From Flavobacteriales bacterium (GTDB lineage: Bacteria > Bacteroidota > Bacteroidia > Flavobacteriales_F > PHOS-HE28), in NCBI GenBank assembly GCA_041749915.1, contig JBGTAJ010000170.1, forward strand, positions 3,405 through 67,404: DNA of 64,000 nucleotides, read 5' to 3'. Numbering within the stretch: the first letter of the stretch is position 1; every line of letters starts with the position of its first letter. Under the pieces are notes generated by a model. That model saw only the letters and a list, made by a program, of their open reading frames with translations, was not told the DNA's origin and did not search any database. Positions 29,816-40,300 of this stretch are shown piece by piece. Made by a program: the position numbers and the translations under genes.

Positions 29816-31380
29816 CGTTTCTCCAGTTCCAGCACGATCGCCAACGCGTTCTTCCCCGCGCTGCTGGTCGCCCCGATCGTGGCACCATCGCTGAACTGCA
29901 CGTTGGCGTTCAGCTCATCGCCCAGGACCTCGCGCAGTTTGGCGTCCAGGCCCTTGGCCTTGCTGGCCAGCATGGCCTCGTTCAACTTCGGGTAGTCGAA
30001 GGGCTGGTTGGTCACCAGCACGGCCATCACGTCCAGGTCGCCTTCCTCATCGGCCATCAGGCTGTGGTCGCTGGGGAACAGGCGGGTGCCGGTGATGCCG
30101 CAGTAGGGCGAGTGTTTCGGCGTGTAGGGGAAGAGCACATAGGTGCGTCCATCGGCCTCCTGCCCGAACACGTAGGTGTAGCACTCGGCGTTGTTGGTCA
30201 CTTCGATCTTGAACTTGCTGCCTTTGGCGATCGGTGTGGTGCTTCGGAAGACATTGCCACCCGTGTTGCGCAAGGGAATGTTCTGCTTGCTCTCATTGTC
30301 CACGAAGCCGAAGCGGATGTCGAAGCGGCTGGGTTTCACGTCCACGCCTTCGCCTTGCGGATACACCGAATAGGCCTCTTTGCCGAAGTGGTCGAAAACG
30401 GGGTAGGGCACCCAGGCCATGCCGTTCCTGCCCCATTCAGGCCCCCAGCTGTTCATGATCAGGAAGCCGCCGGTGTCACCGAACTTGAAGTCATCATAAC
30501 CCACCACGCACATGGCGTGGCCACCGAAGCCCCGCTGCTGGTAATCGCTTTCGGTGGGGTACCACGCTTCCTGCCCGGCCATGTCCTGCATGAAGGTGCC
30601 GCCGACCATCATGCCGATGACGATGGGTGAGCCCTGCGAAAGGTGCTGCTTCATCGCCACCATGTCCGTTCGCTGTTCGTCGGCGCCCAGCGTGAGGCGC
30701 TGGAAACCCTTGATGCGGAAGGGCATGGCCTGCTGCACATCCTGTTCGCTGGGCTGCTTGCTGCAGCTCTCGTCGGTGTATGCGAATTTGCTGAAGGGCA
30801 GCGCACCGCTCTTCGACATCTGCTCCATGGCGCGGAAGATGTACGAACCCTGGCAATCGCTATTGGCGATCTTGATCTGGTTGTACATGTAGGCCGGACT
30901 GAAGGCCGTGCTCTTTGGGTCCGCTCCGGTGGCCTTGGCTTGCACGATGGTGCGCGCGGCATAGGCACTGGCCCACGCCACGCAACTGCCCTGTTGCCCT
31001 TGGTTGAGGCGCGGTGGGCAGTACTCCTCCAAGGTCACGCGCTCGGGTAGCGGGCTCTTTACGTTGTCCGCCAGCGGCTCGTACACTTCGGCCTGGTCGT
31101 ACAACTTGGGGTCGAAGTTGGCCCCGGTGCTCAGACCGGCCAGTTGGCTGATCATATCGCCACCACCGCTGTTCCTGCCGATGGTGAACCACCAGATGGC
31201 CCCGAGCACGACCATGACCAGCAGAAACTTAGGCTTCTTGATCAGGAAGCCCAACAGCATGGGGATCAGGCTGCCCAGCCCTCCGCCCATGCCACCGCCA
31301 CCACCGGCCGAGCGTCGCGGGGGAGGAGCGGATGAACGGCGACCGCCGCCGGGGTTATCGGGTACCATTCGGATGGCCAT
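29812..31380 (-). CDS. membrane-anchored papain-like (C1) cysteine peptidase with C-terminal DUF4384 domain
   Basis: Gly/Arg-rich N-tail and a TM helix (FLLVMVVLGAIWWFTI). The C1 catalytic residues appear intact: QGQQGSCVAWASAY (Cys), GGHAMCVVGYDD (His) and LIMNSWGPEWGRNG (Asn). The C-terminal CYTYVFGQEADGRTYVLFPYTP...GDLDVMAVLVTNQP resembles DUF4384. Confidence 0.8.
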   Translation of the reverse strand: MAIRMVPDNPGGGRRSSAPPPRRSAGGGGGMGGGLGSLIPMLLGFLIKKPKFLLVMVVLGAIWWFTIGRNSGGGDMISQLAGLSTGANFDPKLYDQAEVYEPLADNVKSPLPERVTLEEYCPPRLNQGQQGSCVAWASAYAARTIVQAKATGADPKSTAFSPAYMYNQIKIANSDCQGSYIFRAMEQMSKSGALPFSKFAYTDESCSKQPSEQDVQQAMPFRIKGFQRLTLGADEQRTDMVAMKQHLSQGSPIVIGMMVGGTFMQDMAGQEAWYPTESDYQQRGFGGHAMCVVGYDDFKFGDTGGFLIMNSWGPEWGRNGMAWVPYPVFDHFGKEAYSVYPQGEGVDVKPSRFDIRFGFVDNESKQNIPLRNTGGNVFRSTTPIAKGSKFKIEVTNNAECYTYVFGQEADGRTYVLFPYTPKHSPYCGITGTRLFPSDHSLMADEEGDLDVMAVLVTNQPFDYPKLNEAMLASKAKGLDAKLREVLGDELNANVQFSDGATIGATSSAGKNALAIVLELEKR

Positions 31381-31422
31381 GTGCGATGTGCGTTGGAGAT
31401 CGGTGTCAGGGATGAAGGTCGT

Positions 31423-31755
31423 TCAGCGCTTCGGTCGAAAGCGTTCCCTGCCGGTGAGCAGGTGCCAGAAGAGCACGAAGTCGCTGCCCAGGCTGTACAA
31501 GGGATACTGGAAGGTGGCGGGCCGGTTGCGCTCGAAGAAGTAATGGCCCACCCAGGCAAAGCCGTAGCCGCCCACGGGGATCAGTACCGCCCACCACGCG
31601 TTGCCGGTGATCAGGGCCAGGGCCAGCCACAGCGCGATGAGGCCAGTACCCGTGAAGTGCAGGATGCGGCTCACCGGGTGCTGGTGTTCCTTGAGGTAGA
31701 AAGGGTAGAACGCCCGCCAGGAGCGGAATCGTTCGGTGGAGCTGTCCTTCGTCAT
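31423..31755 (-). CDS. DUF962 (Mpo1-like) membrane protein
   Basis: FYPFYLKEHQHPVSRILHFTGT and GFAWVGHYFFERNRPATFQYPLYSL match the DUF962 pattern. ATG at 31755. Confidence 0.75.
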   Translation of the reverse strand: MTKDSSTERFRSWRAFYPFYLKEHQHPVSRILHFTGTGLIALWLALALITGNAWWAVLIPVGGYGFAWVGHYFFERNRPATFQYPLYSLGSDFVLFWHLLTGRERFRPKR

Positions 31756-31802
31756 GGTGGCAGGGGCGGAACGCACCGAAATTAGGCCAACAAACCCACG
31801 CC

Positions 31803-32153
31803 ATGCGTACGCTCCTGAACTTCCTCCTGCTCTTCGCGATGATACCTTCCGCGATCGCCTCACCTCCGGCAACTCCCATCACTTATGAGGCCCAGGTGGT
31901 GGTGCACATCGATGACCTGGATGATGCGGCCATGGGCCGGCTCTCCGCGGTGGTGGGGCGCGAGAAGAACGTCAATATCGAGTATTCCTGCGTGTGGTCA
32001 GGGGTGGTGGTACTGAAGTTCGCCGTGTCGCCGGTGAACGAACGGGCGGATGTGATCTCGCTCGCCCGACGGCTGCTGAGCTCGGCCGAGATCGAGAAGG
32101 GGGTGGAATACCTGCACGTGTTCGCCGAGGCGCGTGGCCCCGGTCGCTGCTGA
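31803..32153 (+). CDS. hypothetical secreted protein
   Basis: Signal peptide MRTLLNFLLLFAMIPSAIASP, 116 aa, no recognised family. Confidence 0.5.
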   Translation: MRTLLNFLLLFAMIPSAIASPPATPITYEAQVVVHIDDLDDAAMGRLSAVVGREKNVNIEYSCVWSGVVVLKFAVSPVNERADVISLARRLLSSAEIEKGVEYLHVFAEARGPGRC

Positions 32154-32171
32154 TCCCGCCAAGGCCCGCCG

Positions 32172-35100
32172 CTACTGCTTGATGATCCGCAGCAGGGCCA
32201 ACTGTCCGGAGGCATTGAGGCGTACCTGGTAGATCCCGTCAGCCTCCCCACTGAGGTCCAGTTCCACTTGGTCCTTGCCGTAAAGTTCCACCTGGCGGCG
32301 TTCCACCACGCGGCCCTGGGCATCCACCACCTGCAGGTCGGCGGTACCGTCCAGGCCTTCCACGCCCAAGGTGAACGCACCGGCCGTGGGATTGGGGTAG
32401 GCGCTCAGCTGGAACGTGGAGGTGGCCTCATCCAGGCCCACGGCATAGCCGATGGTGAAGGGCCAGTGGATGGTGCGCCCGAACTCCCCTTCGAAGTACT
32501 TCACCACGGCACCGTTCGGTTTCTTCAGACGGCAGAAACCGCTGCCGGCACCACTGTCCGCCCAGTATTCCAGACCGTCGTTGCCGGTGTCCAGCATGTC
32601 AAAGGTGTAGCAGCCCTCCGCGAGCTGCAGCGTGTCGATGTACTGGGTGTTGGCGGCATGGGCGGTGCGGCTGAAGATGATGTTGCCGCCGATGTCCCGC
32701 ACACGCACCGAGGTCTCCGTCGGGCGGTTGTTGGTCTTGTAGTGCAGCACCACGTCATGGGCATACACCACGGGTAGCTGGAAGCTGGTGCGGTACTCGT
32801 CGTTCGCCGCGTACTGGTCGCTGGAGCCGTTCGGCGCGCTGAGCGTGACGGTGAACACCCGTTCGGCATTGCCCACCCAGAACGCGGTATTGGGCACGGG
32901 CAGTTCCACCTCGGTGCGTTCCATGTGCCGAAGCAGACCGTTCCAGATGTAGCTCTCCGAGGCACCACCGCTCACACCATACGTGAAGGTGACGGCCGTG
33001 AGGTCCTGGGCACCTGCGTTGCGCAGCACCACGAGCGGGGCGTAGCAGATCGGGTTGTTGCGGCGCTGCATGTCGGCGGAGGAGGGGCGCTTCACCTCCA
33101 CGATCTCGGCATCGAGGGAGTGCGTGGCCGCGCTGAACTCCATCAGGTCCATGTTGATCACGTAGTTGCCACCCCCCATGCCTTGGTTGTTGGCCGGCAC
33201 CGGGGTGATGTCGTAATCCAGCGTGGCCGTGCCGCCGGGCGTGAGGCCGGTGAGCACCACCTCATGGTCCTTCACCAGGTCGCCGGGGCACCAGCCCTCG
33301 CGGCTGTTCAGCCAGGTGCCGCCCTGCGGGTACACGGGGTTCAGCGCACAGTCATGGGTCTGCCAGATGTTCCACTGGTCCGCCAGCGTACCGTTGAGGT
33401 AGACATAGTGGCTGTTGTTCTTCCACTCGCAGCAGTGCGGATAATCGCCGGTGTTGCTGTTGTGGCCATGGCCTGTAAGGCGCGTGCGCAGGCTCCACTG
33501 GGCGGCATCGGGGCTCAGGTCCACCTGCACGGCAGGGAGCGCCACATCGTTGTCCAGGTCGGCATAGCTGCGGCTGGTGAGCCCGCCCCAGGGGCGTTGG
33601 TGGTTCACCACTTCGCGCGGGGGAATGCCCTCGATGAGCTCGAACTCCAGGTCGATGAGCTCCTGCTGGTTGCCCGCGCTGAGGTCCACGCTGTCACGCA
33701 GCAACCACTGATAGTCGGTGACGTCGAAGGTCCAGCGGAAACCGTTCGGACCGAGCGTGAGCCCGATCCCGTACGGCGTGATGAAACGCCCGATCTCCCA
33801 GTCGTTCACCACCTCGAAGGGGACACCGTAGTAGTCCAGGGTGTCGTTCACATCGACCACGCCGTTGGTCGGCACGGAGTCGATGGCGAGCCCGTCCGGA
33901 CCATAGGTGTAGACCATGCCACCGCTCCATCCGAACACGGTATCCAGTGGCAGTGCGGTGTTGCCGACCACTTCGAAGAACTCCTCGGTGAGCAGGGGCA
34001 GGGGCTCCTGTCGCTCCAGCAGCACGGTGTCCACCACACTGGTGTAGCTGCCCTGCACGAAGGTGAGGTCGGGTCGTGTGGCGATGGGCTGCTGCGCATG
34101 GAAGGTCTCCGGCGCATCGCGGTAGGCACGTTGCACGGTGCCCAGCGCCCAGGCTCCGTTCGTGGGATCCGCACTGTTGGTCAGGCGGTGCTCGTCAGGA
34201 AGCTCATCACAATGGAAGGTGTAGAGCAGGTCCTCCGCATTGGGGTGGCTGCCGTCGATGGCGCGGTCCTTCCAGGCCAGGATGTTGGCCGAGGTGACCT
34301 CCGTGGCGAACACGTTGATCTCATCCAACGACCCGGGGTAGGGGTATTCCCCGTTGATGCCACTGCCCAAGCGGAACCTCGTGATGCCAGCCATGGGCTT
34401 GGTCTTCCCCGTGCCGCTGTGCCACAGCGCGCCATTGTAGTAGATCTTCATGGACCCGGTGGCCGTGTTCTTCACGAAGGCCCAGTGGTTCCATTGGCCT
34501 TCCACCTGGGGCATGGTGGTCACCTTTTCGATGCGGTCGAAACCACCACCATCGTTGCCGGCATCCCAGTACACCCGACCGTCGCTCCAGGGCAGGTGCA
34601 CGTTGAGGATACGGCGTCCCTGGGCATCCACCGCCTCCAGGATGCTGGTGTTCACTGTGGGGATGATGGCGTCACCCTTCACGCGGAACATCACGGTGAG
34701 CGAAGTGCCGAGCTCGGCCATCGGGCCCGGGGCCACACCGATCAAGTCGTCGTTCAGCTGCAGGTAACCATCCAGTCCCACGGCCTGCACCGCCATGCCG
34801 GCCGGAGCGCCCGAGGACCGGACGCCCGGTGCCGAGGCATTGCTCTGGCGCGTGGCGGCGAGGTCCACCAGGATGTTGGAGGTGCCGTCCCACACGAAGG
34901 GCTCGGCGAGGGTGAACACCTGTTCCCCGGCCACGGTGCCGAGGGTGGCGGGTGCCACTTCATGCACCGTGCCCAGTCCGTTGCCATCAAAGGCCGTGAT
35001 GCTCCCTGCGTTGGTGTTCTTCAAGCGGATGGTGAAACGGTCATAGCCACCGTTCCCCTGGTCATCCGTGGTGAAGCGCAGCTGGTGCACCGGACCGGCC

Positions 35101-35633
35101 TGCAGTCCCGAGGCGTTCAGTTCATCGGCCAGGAAGAGGTACTGCGATCGGCTGGTGCCCATCACGGCCTGCAACAGGCCACTGTCCCACAGGTCCCCGG
35201 CACCGATGGTGTGGGTGCTCTCGTTCTCCGTGGACGTGATGGTGCGACGCGCGACCTCCATCTGCCGCGTATGGTAGAAGGGCACCGTGGCGCGCTCCAC
35301 GCTGGCAGGCACCAGGGCGCCCACCTTGAACAGGGGATGGGTGAGCGCCGTGCTGTCCAACACCCCGGTGTGCTCGTGGATCAGGTTGTAGGTGAGGTAG
35401 TCCCACTCGCCACAGGCGAACTGGTCCTGGGTGGTGGCGGCATCGCACTTCAGCGTGTGGTGCATCAGCACCTTGCGGTACTGGTGGGTGCTGTCCGGGA
35501 ACTGGTACCAGCCCCGGCGTGCGGTGATGTCGTTGAACGTGAGCGTCTGCACCCGCAGGGTGTCCTGGGCGGAAAGCACAGCAACAGGAACGAGCGATGC
35601 CAAGAGGACGAAGGAGCGTAGCGTGCTGATCAT
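32172..35633 (-). CDS. PNGase F-related protein with LamG-like insert and T9SS C-terminal sorting domain
   Basis: The ATG at 35633 gives the signal MISTLRSFVLLASLVPVAVLSAQ. PNGase F-like motifs are ACGEWDY, EIGRFITPYG, FDVTDY, CCEW and REGWCPGDLV. A LamG-type stretch is present (SLDEINVFATEVTSANILAW). The T9SS CTD is YPNPTAGAFTL...GIYQVRLNASGQLALLRIIKQ. Confidence 0.8.
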   Translation of the reverse strand: MISTLRSFVLLASLVPVAVLSAQDTLRVQTLTFNDITARRGWYQFPDSTHQYRKVLMHHTLKCDAATTQDQFACGEWDYLTYNLIHEHTGVLDSTALTHPLFKVGALVPASVERATVPFYHTRQMEVARRTITSTENESTHTIGAGDLWDSGLLQAVMGTSRSQYLFLADELNASGLQAGPVHQLRFTTDDQGNGGYDRFTIRLKNTNAGSITAFDGNGLGTVHEVAPATLGTVAGEQVFTLAEPFVWDGTSNILVDLAATRQSNASAPGVRSSGAPAGMAVQAVGLDGYLQLNDDLIGVAPGPMAELGTSLTVMFRVKGDAIIPTVNTSILEAVDAQGRRILNVHLPWSDGRVYWDAGNDGGGFDRIEKVTTMPQVEGQWNHWAFVKNTATGSMKIYYNGALWHSGTGKTKPMAGITRFRLGSGINGEYPYPGSLDEINVFATEVTSANILAWKDRAIDGSHPNAEDLLYTFHCDELPDEHRLTNSADPTNGAWALGTVQRAYRDAPETFHAQQPIATRPDLTFVQGSYTSVVDTVLLERQEPLPLLTEEFFEVVGNTALPLDTVFGWSGGMVYTYGPDGLAIDSVPTNGVVDVNDTLDYYGVPFEVVNDWEIGRFITPYGIGLTLGPNGFRWTFDVTDYQWLLRDSVDLSAGNQQELIDLEFELIEGIPPREVVNHQRPWGGLTSRSYADLDNDVALPAVQVDLSPDAAQWSLRTRLTGHGHNSNTGDYPHCCEWKNNSHYVYLNGTLADQWNIWQTHDCALNPVYPQGGTWLNSREGWCPGDLVKDHEVVLTGLTPGGTATLDYDITPVPANNQGMGGGNYVINMDLMEFSAATHSLDAEIVEVKRPSSADMQRRNNPICYAPLVVLRNAGAQDLTAVTFTYGVSGGASESYIWNGLLRHMERTEVELPVPNTAFWVGNAERVFTVTLSAPNGSSDQYAANDEYRTSFQLPVVYAHDVVLHYKTNNRPTETSVRVRDIGGNIIFSRTAHAANTQYIDTLQLAEGCYTFDMLDTGNDGLEYWADSGAGSGFCRLKKPNGAVVKYFEGEFGRTIHWPFTIGYAVGLDEATSTFQLSAYPNPTAGAFTLGVEGLDGTADLQVVDAQGRVVERRQVELYGKDQVELDLSGEADGIYQVRLNASGQLALLRIIKQ

Positions 35634-35773
35634 GGACGGGGAATGGGTGCGGAAGATAGTCGGCGACGCGGTGAGGACCTGCCGGAAAGCAGCGCTTCCG
35701 ATGGATCCCACAGCATGGACACGGTTTGGAAAGTGGGTCGGACCGGGGTGCGTAGGCTCCGGTCCCCACGGGG

Positions 35774-35781
35774 TACCTTTG
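35774..35781 (+). promoter_or_regulatory. candidate -7 promoter box TACCTTTG upstream of bshC
   Basis: TAnnTTTG match 10 nt upstream of the bshC ATG, which would give a very short leader. Confidence 0.3.
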
Positions 35782-35790
35782 GGCCCGCAC

Positions 35791-37374
35791 ATGGAGCCCC
35801 ACTGTATCCCGTACGCCGCCACCGGGCGCTTCTCACCCTTGGTGGTGGACTATCTGGCCGGCGATGAACGCCTCCGGGAACACGCCCTTTTTCGTCCCGA
35901 CCTTGCCGGGCTCAAGCAGGCCGCCAACGATCGGACCTTCGACCCCAATGCCCGGGCGGTGCTGGTGGAGGCGCTGGAGCGACAGTACGAGGGACTTCCG
36001 GTGGACCCCGCCGTGCGAGCCAACCTGGACCGCCTGGCCCGGCCAGACGCACTGACCGTGACCACCGGACACCAGCTGGTGCTCTTCGGCGGACCGCTCT
36101 ACGTGCCCTTCAAGATCCTGAACATCATCCGCCTGGCCGGTGAGCTGTCCAAGGAACTGGCCCGACCGGTGATCCCCGTGTTCTGGATGGCCAGCGAGGA
36201 CCATGACCGGGCCGAGATCGACCACACCTATTTCAACGGACACAAGATCCAATGGCCCGGCACGGCCGGCGGACCTGTGGGACACCTGCCGCTCACCGGC
36301 ATCGACTCCGCGGTGGAAGAGGCACTGACGCAGCTTGGCCCGGGAGCCGACCGGGACCGTATGGCGGAATTGCTCAAAGCCTGTTACCGGCCTGAGCACA
36401 CCCTCGCGCACGCCACCCGCCTCTTCGTGAACGCCCTCCATGGACAACATGGCCTGGTGATCCTGGATGGTGATGATCCCGCCCTGAAACGCCTGTTCAT
36501 CCCCGTGATGCAGGAGGAACTGCTGAACCAGGTGGCCGAACGCAGCGTGCGGTATGCCAATGACAAGCTGGCGCCCGACTACAAGGTGCAGGCCTTCGCC
36601 CGGGAGATCAACCTCTTCCATCTGCGCCCCGGCCATCGTTCCCGCATCACGCTGGAAGGCGATGGCTACCGGGTGCTCGACGGTGGTCCGCACTTCACCA
36701 CGGACCAACTGATGGCGGAACTGCAGGCGCATCCGGAGCACTTCTCACCGAACGTGCTGATGCGCCCGCTCTATCAGGAGTGCATCCTGCCGAACATCGC
36801 CTACGTGGGCGGGGGTGGTGAGCTGGCCTATTGGCTGCAGTTGCGCTGGCTGTTCCAGGCCATGCAGGTGCCCATGCCGGTGCTGCTCCTGCGCACCAGT
36901 GCGGCCTTCCTCAGCGCCAAACGCATGTCCCACTGGAAGGACCTGGGCCTCACGCTGGCCGACCTTTTCGCCGATCAAGGACCCCTTCAGGCCCGGGTGG
37001 CCGCAACGCGGGTGGATTTCCGCACCGAGCTGGACAAGGAGCGCACGGCCTTGATCGGGATCTACGCATCCATAGCCGCCACGGCGGTCGTGGCCGACAA
37101 CACCCTGCTGGGCGCGGTGGAAGCGCGGCGTGCGGCGGCCCTCCGTGGAACGGAGCGTCTCGAGAAGAGCCTCGTCCGTGCTGCGAAACGACAACAGTCC
37201 GAGGCGCTCCATCGCATGCAGGCGGTCCAGCAGGAGCTCTTCCCCGGTGGTGGCTTGCAGGAACGCAGGGAGAATATCCTGCCCCAACTGGCGTCGCGAG
37301 GCGAGAACTACCTGGCCGACCTGATGGGAAAGTTGGATCCGCTGGATGCGCGCTTCACCCTCCTGGTGGAGTAG
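35791..37374 (+). CDS. bshC: bacillithiol biosynthesis cysteine-adding enzyme BshC
   Basis: N-terminus MEPHCIPYAATGRFSPLVVDYLAGDERL, then TVTTGHQLVLFGGPLYVPFKI, WMASEDHD and VGGGGELAYWLQL. 527 aa from the ATG at 35791. Confidence 0.88.
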   Translation: MEPHCIPYAATGRFSPLVVDYLAGDERLREHALFRPDLAGLKQAANDRTFDPNARAVLVEALERQYEGLPVDPAVRANLDRLARPDALTVTTGHQLVLFGGPLYVPFKILNIIRLAGELSKELARPVIPVFWMASEDHDRAEIDHTYFNGHKIQWPGTAGGPVGHLPLTGIDSAVEEALTQLGPGADRDRMAELLKACYRPEHTLAHATRLFVNALHGQHGLVILDGDDPALKRLFIPVMQEELLNQVAERSVRYANDKLAPDYKVQAFAREINLFHLRPGHRSRITLEGDGYRVLDGGPHFTTDQLMAELQAHPEHFSPNVLMRPLYQECILPNIAYVGGGGELAYWLQLRWLFQAMQVPMPVLLLRTSAAFLSAKRMSHWKDLGLTLADLFADQGPLQARVAATRVDFRTELDKERTALIGIYASIAATAVVADNTLLGAVEARRAAALRGTERLEKSLVRAAKRQQSEALHRMQAVQQELFPGGGLQERRENILPQLASRGENYLADLMGKLDPLDARFTLLVE

Positions 37375-37383
37375 GGGGAGAGC

Positions 37384-40300
37384 TCAGTACACGAAGCGGA
37401 CGCTCTCCATCCGATCGCCGTCGATCATCCGGAAGAGGTAGGCACCGCGTTGCAGGCCACCGATGCGAGTGTTCAGCACACCGATCTCGGCCACCACACC
37501 CTGCGTGATCAGGCGGCCGGTCATGTCCATCAGTTCGTAGCGGCTGCCTTCGGGGAACCCATGCAGGGCCGTGAGCACATCAGCCGTGCCGAACACCACC
37601 AAGGGCCGGTCCGAGGTGACCCCGCGGAACACGCTCACCACCGGGCTATAGGTGCTGGTGCCATCGGTGTCGCTCTGCTTCAGGCGGTAGTAGCTCAAGC
37701 CGCTCAAGGGCCGAAGGTCAAGGTCGGTGTAGTGCAGCAGTTGTGCGCTGTTCCCGGCGCCGGGAACTTCCAGCACAGGCCTGAACAGAACGGCATCAGC
37801 GCTGCGTTCCACGGTGAACCAGGCATTGTCCTGTTCCGAGGCGGTGATCCAGTCCAGGCGCACATGTTCGCCTTCAGGCTTCGCAGTGAACTCCACCAAG
37901 CTGATGGGCAGGGGGTTCAGGCCATTGACCGAGGCCAATGTCCAGGGGCTGAAGAGGGTCTGGGCACCGGCGCTGGGTACGGTTCCCGTTACCGTGGTAC
38001 CCACCGCGCCTCCGTTCCCACGGTCCCGCCAGATGGTGTTCGCGGCATCCCAACGCGCCACGCGCAGGTCGGGCAGGCTGGTCACACCGCAGCTTTCGGG
38101 TGTGTCCCAGGTCAGTTCCACCACCGCATTGGCCGAGCCTGAGCTCCGGTCGATGGTCCAGTACTCGCAATCGCTGATGTGGTCCAGCGTGGGCTCCAGC
38201 ACGTTACCCCAGGTGTATCCACTAATGGGGAAGTACTCGGCGATGAACCCTCCGGTCGCACTGTAGCCGCTGAGTCCGCATGGGCGCAGGGAGCCGCCCT
38301 TGCCCACCGGGAAGGTGAAGGCCGTGTTGCCCAACTTCTCCACCGGGCCATGCACGAAGCTGGCATCGCTGAAGTTGATGGCTGCGCTGCCCGCGCGCAT
38401 CGTCACCAGTTCGGTGGCCGTGTTCATGATCCGGCCCGTGGTCAGGTCCAGTGTGGCGCGGACCTCCAAGGGGTTCGTCGGGATCACATCGCCGCCTGTC
38501 TTCGCGATCACGAGCGTTCCGAAGACCTCCGGGCCCACGGATGTGCTCAGCGTCTGGTCCACGTTCCCGTTCAGGATCACAGCACTGTTCTGGTCCTGGA
38601 AGTTCAGTTCATTCTCCTGGTTGGTCCAATCACCTCCGAGATATAGGGTGCCGCTGGCCCCGATCGCCCCTTGCAGGTCCATCATGGCCCCTGTGCCGAT
38701 CACCAGGTCGTCCTCCACTCGGATCGTTCCTCCATCGTCGCATCGCAGGATCGTCTCGTTGATGGCCCCTGGAGTGATGCCGACCAAGTTCACCGAGGCT
38801 GCGGTGAGTTCGCTGGTGGCATCCACGGTCGCGGTCAATGGCCCTGCAGCGGTCCGCACCATGCTCAAAGGTCCATCAATGGTTAGCGTACTGGTGTTCT
38901 GGACGACCAGCTGGCGATTGATGCCACCGGATGTGTGGAGCAGGGAAGCGCATTCCGCAGCACCGGGTGCCGTCAAGCCCACCACGCAGTTCCGCGCCGC
39001 CCAGGTGGGGTCCACAACGACCGGAGTGGCGATCGTGGGAATGGTCACATCGTCCCAGTTCTTGCAGTCGAACCAGTCGGTGCTGGTGCTACCCCGCCAA
39101 CGTCCGGCCACGAAGGGAGCTACGGTGATGGGAAGGATGGGAGCCGTCACCCAATTGAAACCACCGGCATTGTAATCGGCACAGTTCGCGTAGCTGTTCC
39201 AGTTCGCGATATCGTCCACCAGGATGATCCAGTCCCGCTGGGTCGCGGCGGTCATCGGCCAGATGTACTTATTGAAGTCCGTGGCCAACGTAGGGGCCAT
39301 GCTGAAGCATTGGATGCCTGGAGGCAGGTTGCTCTGTTGGTTGCTACCGCATGCAGCGGTCCACGGGACAGTGGGGTTCGTGGAGAAGCCGTAGAGAATG
39401 GTGCCGTCATAGGTGGCATTGTGCCCACCGACCGTGTTCGTGGTCCACGTTCCACCTTGACCGAAGAAGAGCTGGTCCCCACCGGAATTGAGGTTCACTG
39501 TGGTGAAACCGTTCAACGAGGTGCAACTCCAGCCGGCATCAGGTGCCACGCCTTGGATATTGCTCGCACCGGATGTGTTGGTGATCCTCAGCGTGATCAC
39601 CTGGCCTGCCGGAATGGCGATGCCTGTGCGGGTAAGGCTCACGGTGCCTTCGTTGTTCCCCCAAAGGCCCGGAGTGCAGCGGCCATAACCGTTGTCCGTG
39701 ATGATCATGGTCGTTCCAGGGACGATGGGCTTGAAGCTCATGAAACTGACCTGGTCCTCACCGGCCGACCCTCCGCCGCAGGCGAAGGTGTTGGAGTTCA
39801 CTCCGAGGATCACCAGATCGCCCGGCTCCAGCACCGTGGCGGGTGTATCGTTGTCGCCGATGGTGAGCGTGCCACTATTGTTGCTGCCCATGGCGAAACC
39901 CATCGGTACGGCGCTCAGCGTGAAGGTCACCTGCTCGGTGCTCTCCGGGTTCAGGTCGTTGATGACCGTGGCATTGAAGCTGGCCGTGGTGGCCCCGGCC
40001 ACGAAGTTCACAGTGATGAAGCCACCCGCAGTGCCTGGCGCGGTCACGTAGTCGTTCGGGTTGAATCCGTACGTCGCGCCTGGCCCGTTGGTCACTTGGA
40101 TGGTGATGCTGCCGGCCACCGGTGCCGCAGGGTTGATGCTCAGGTTGAAGGTCTGGGTGCCAGCAGCTTCCAGCACCGCGATGCTCAGCGTGCTGAAGTT
40201 CACCGTGGGCGTCACGTCGTTGTCCGTGATCGTGAAGGTGTGCGCCAAAGCTGAACCCAAGGACAGCCCGGCCGAAGCCCCCGTGATGGTGAAGGTGATG

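Noticed and set aside
32925-35621. 898-aa plus-strand ORF opposite the PNGase F-like T9SS gene
   Set aside because: The minus-strand frame has a signal peptide, PNGase motifs and a T9SS CTD. This frame is H/G/V/A-rich with no motifs.
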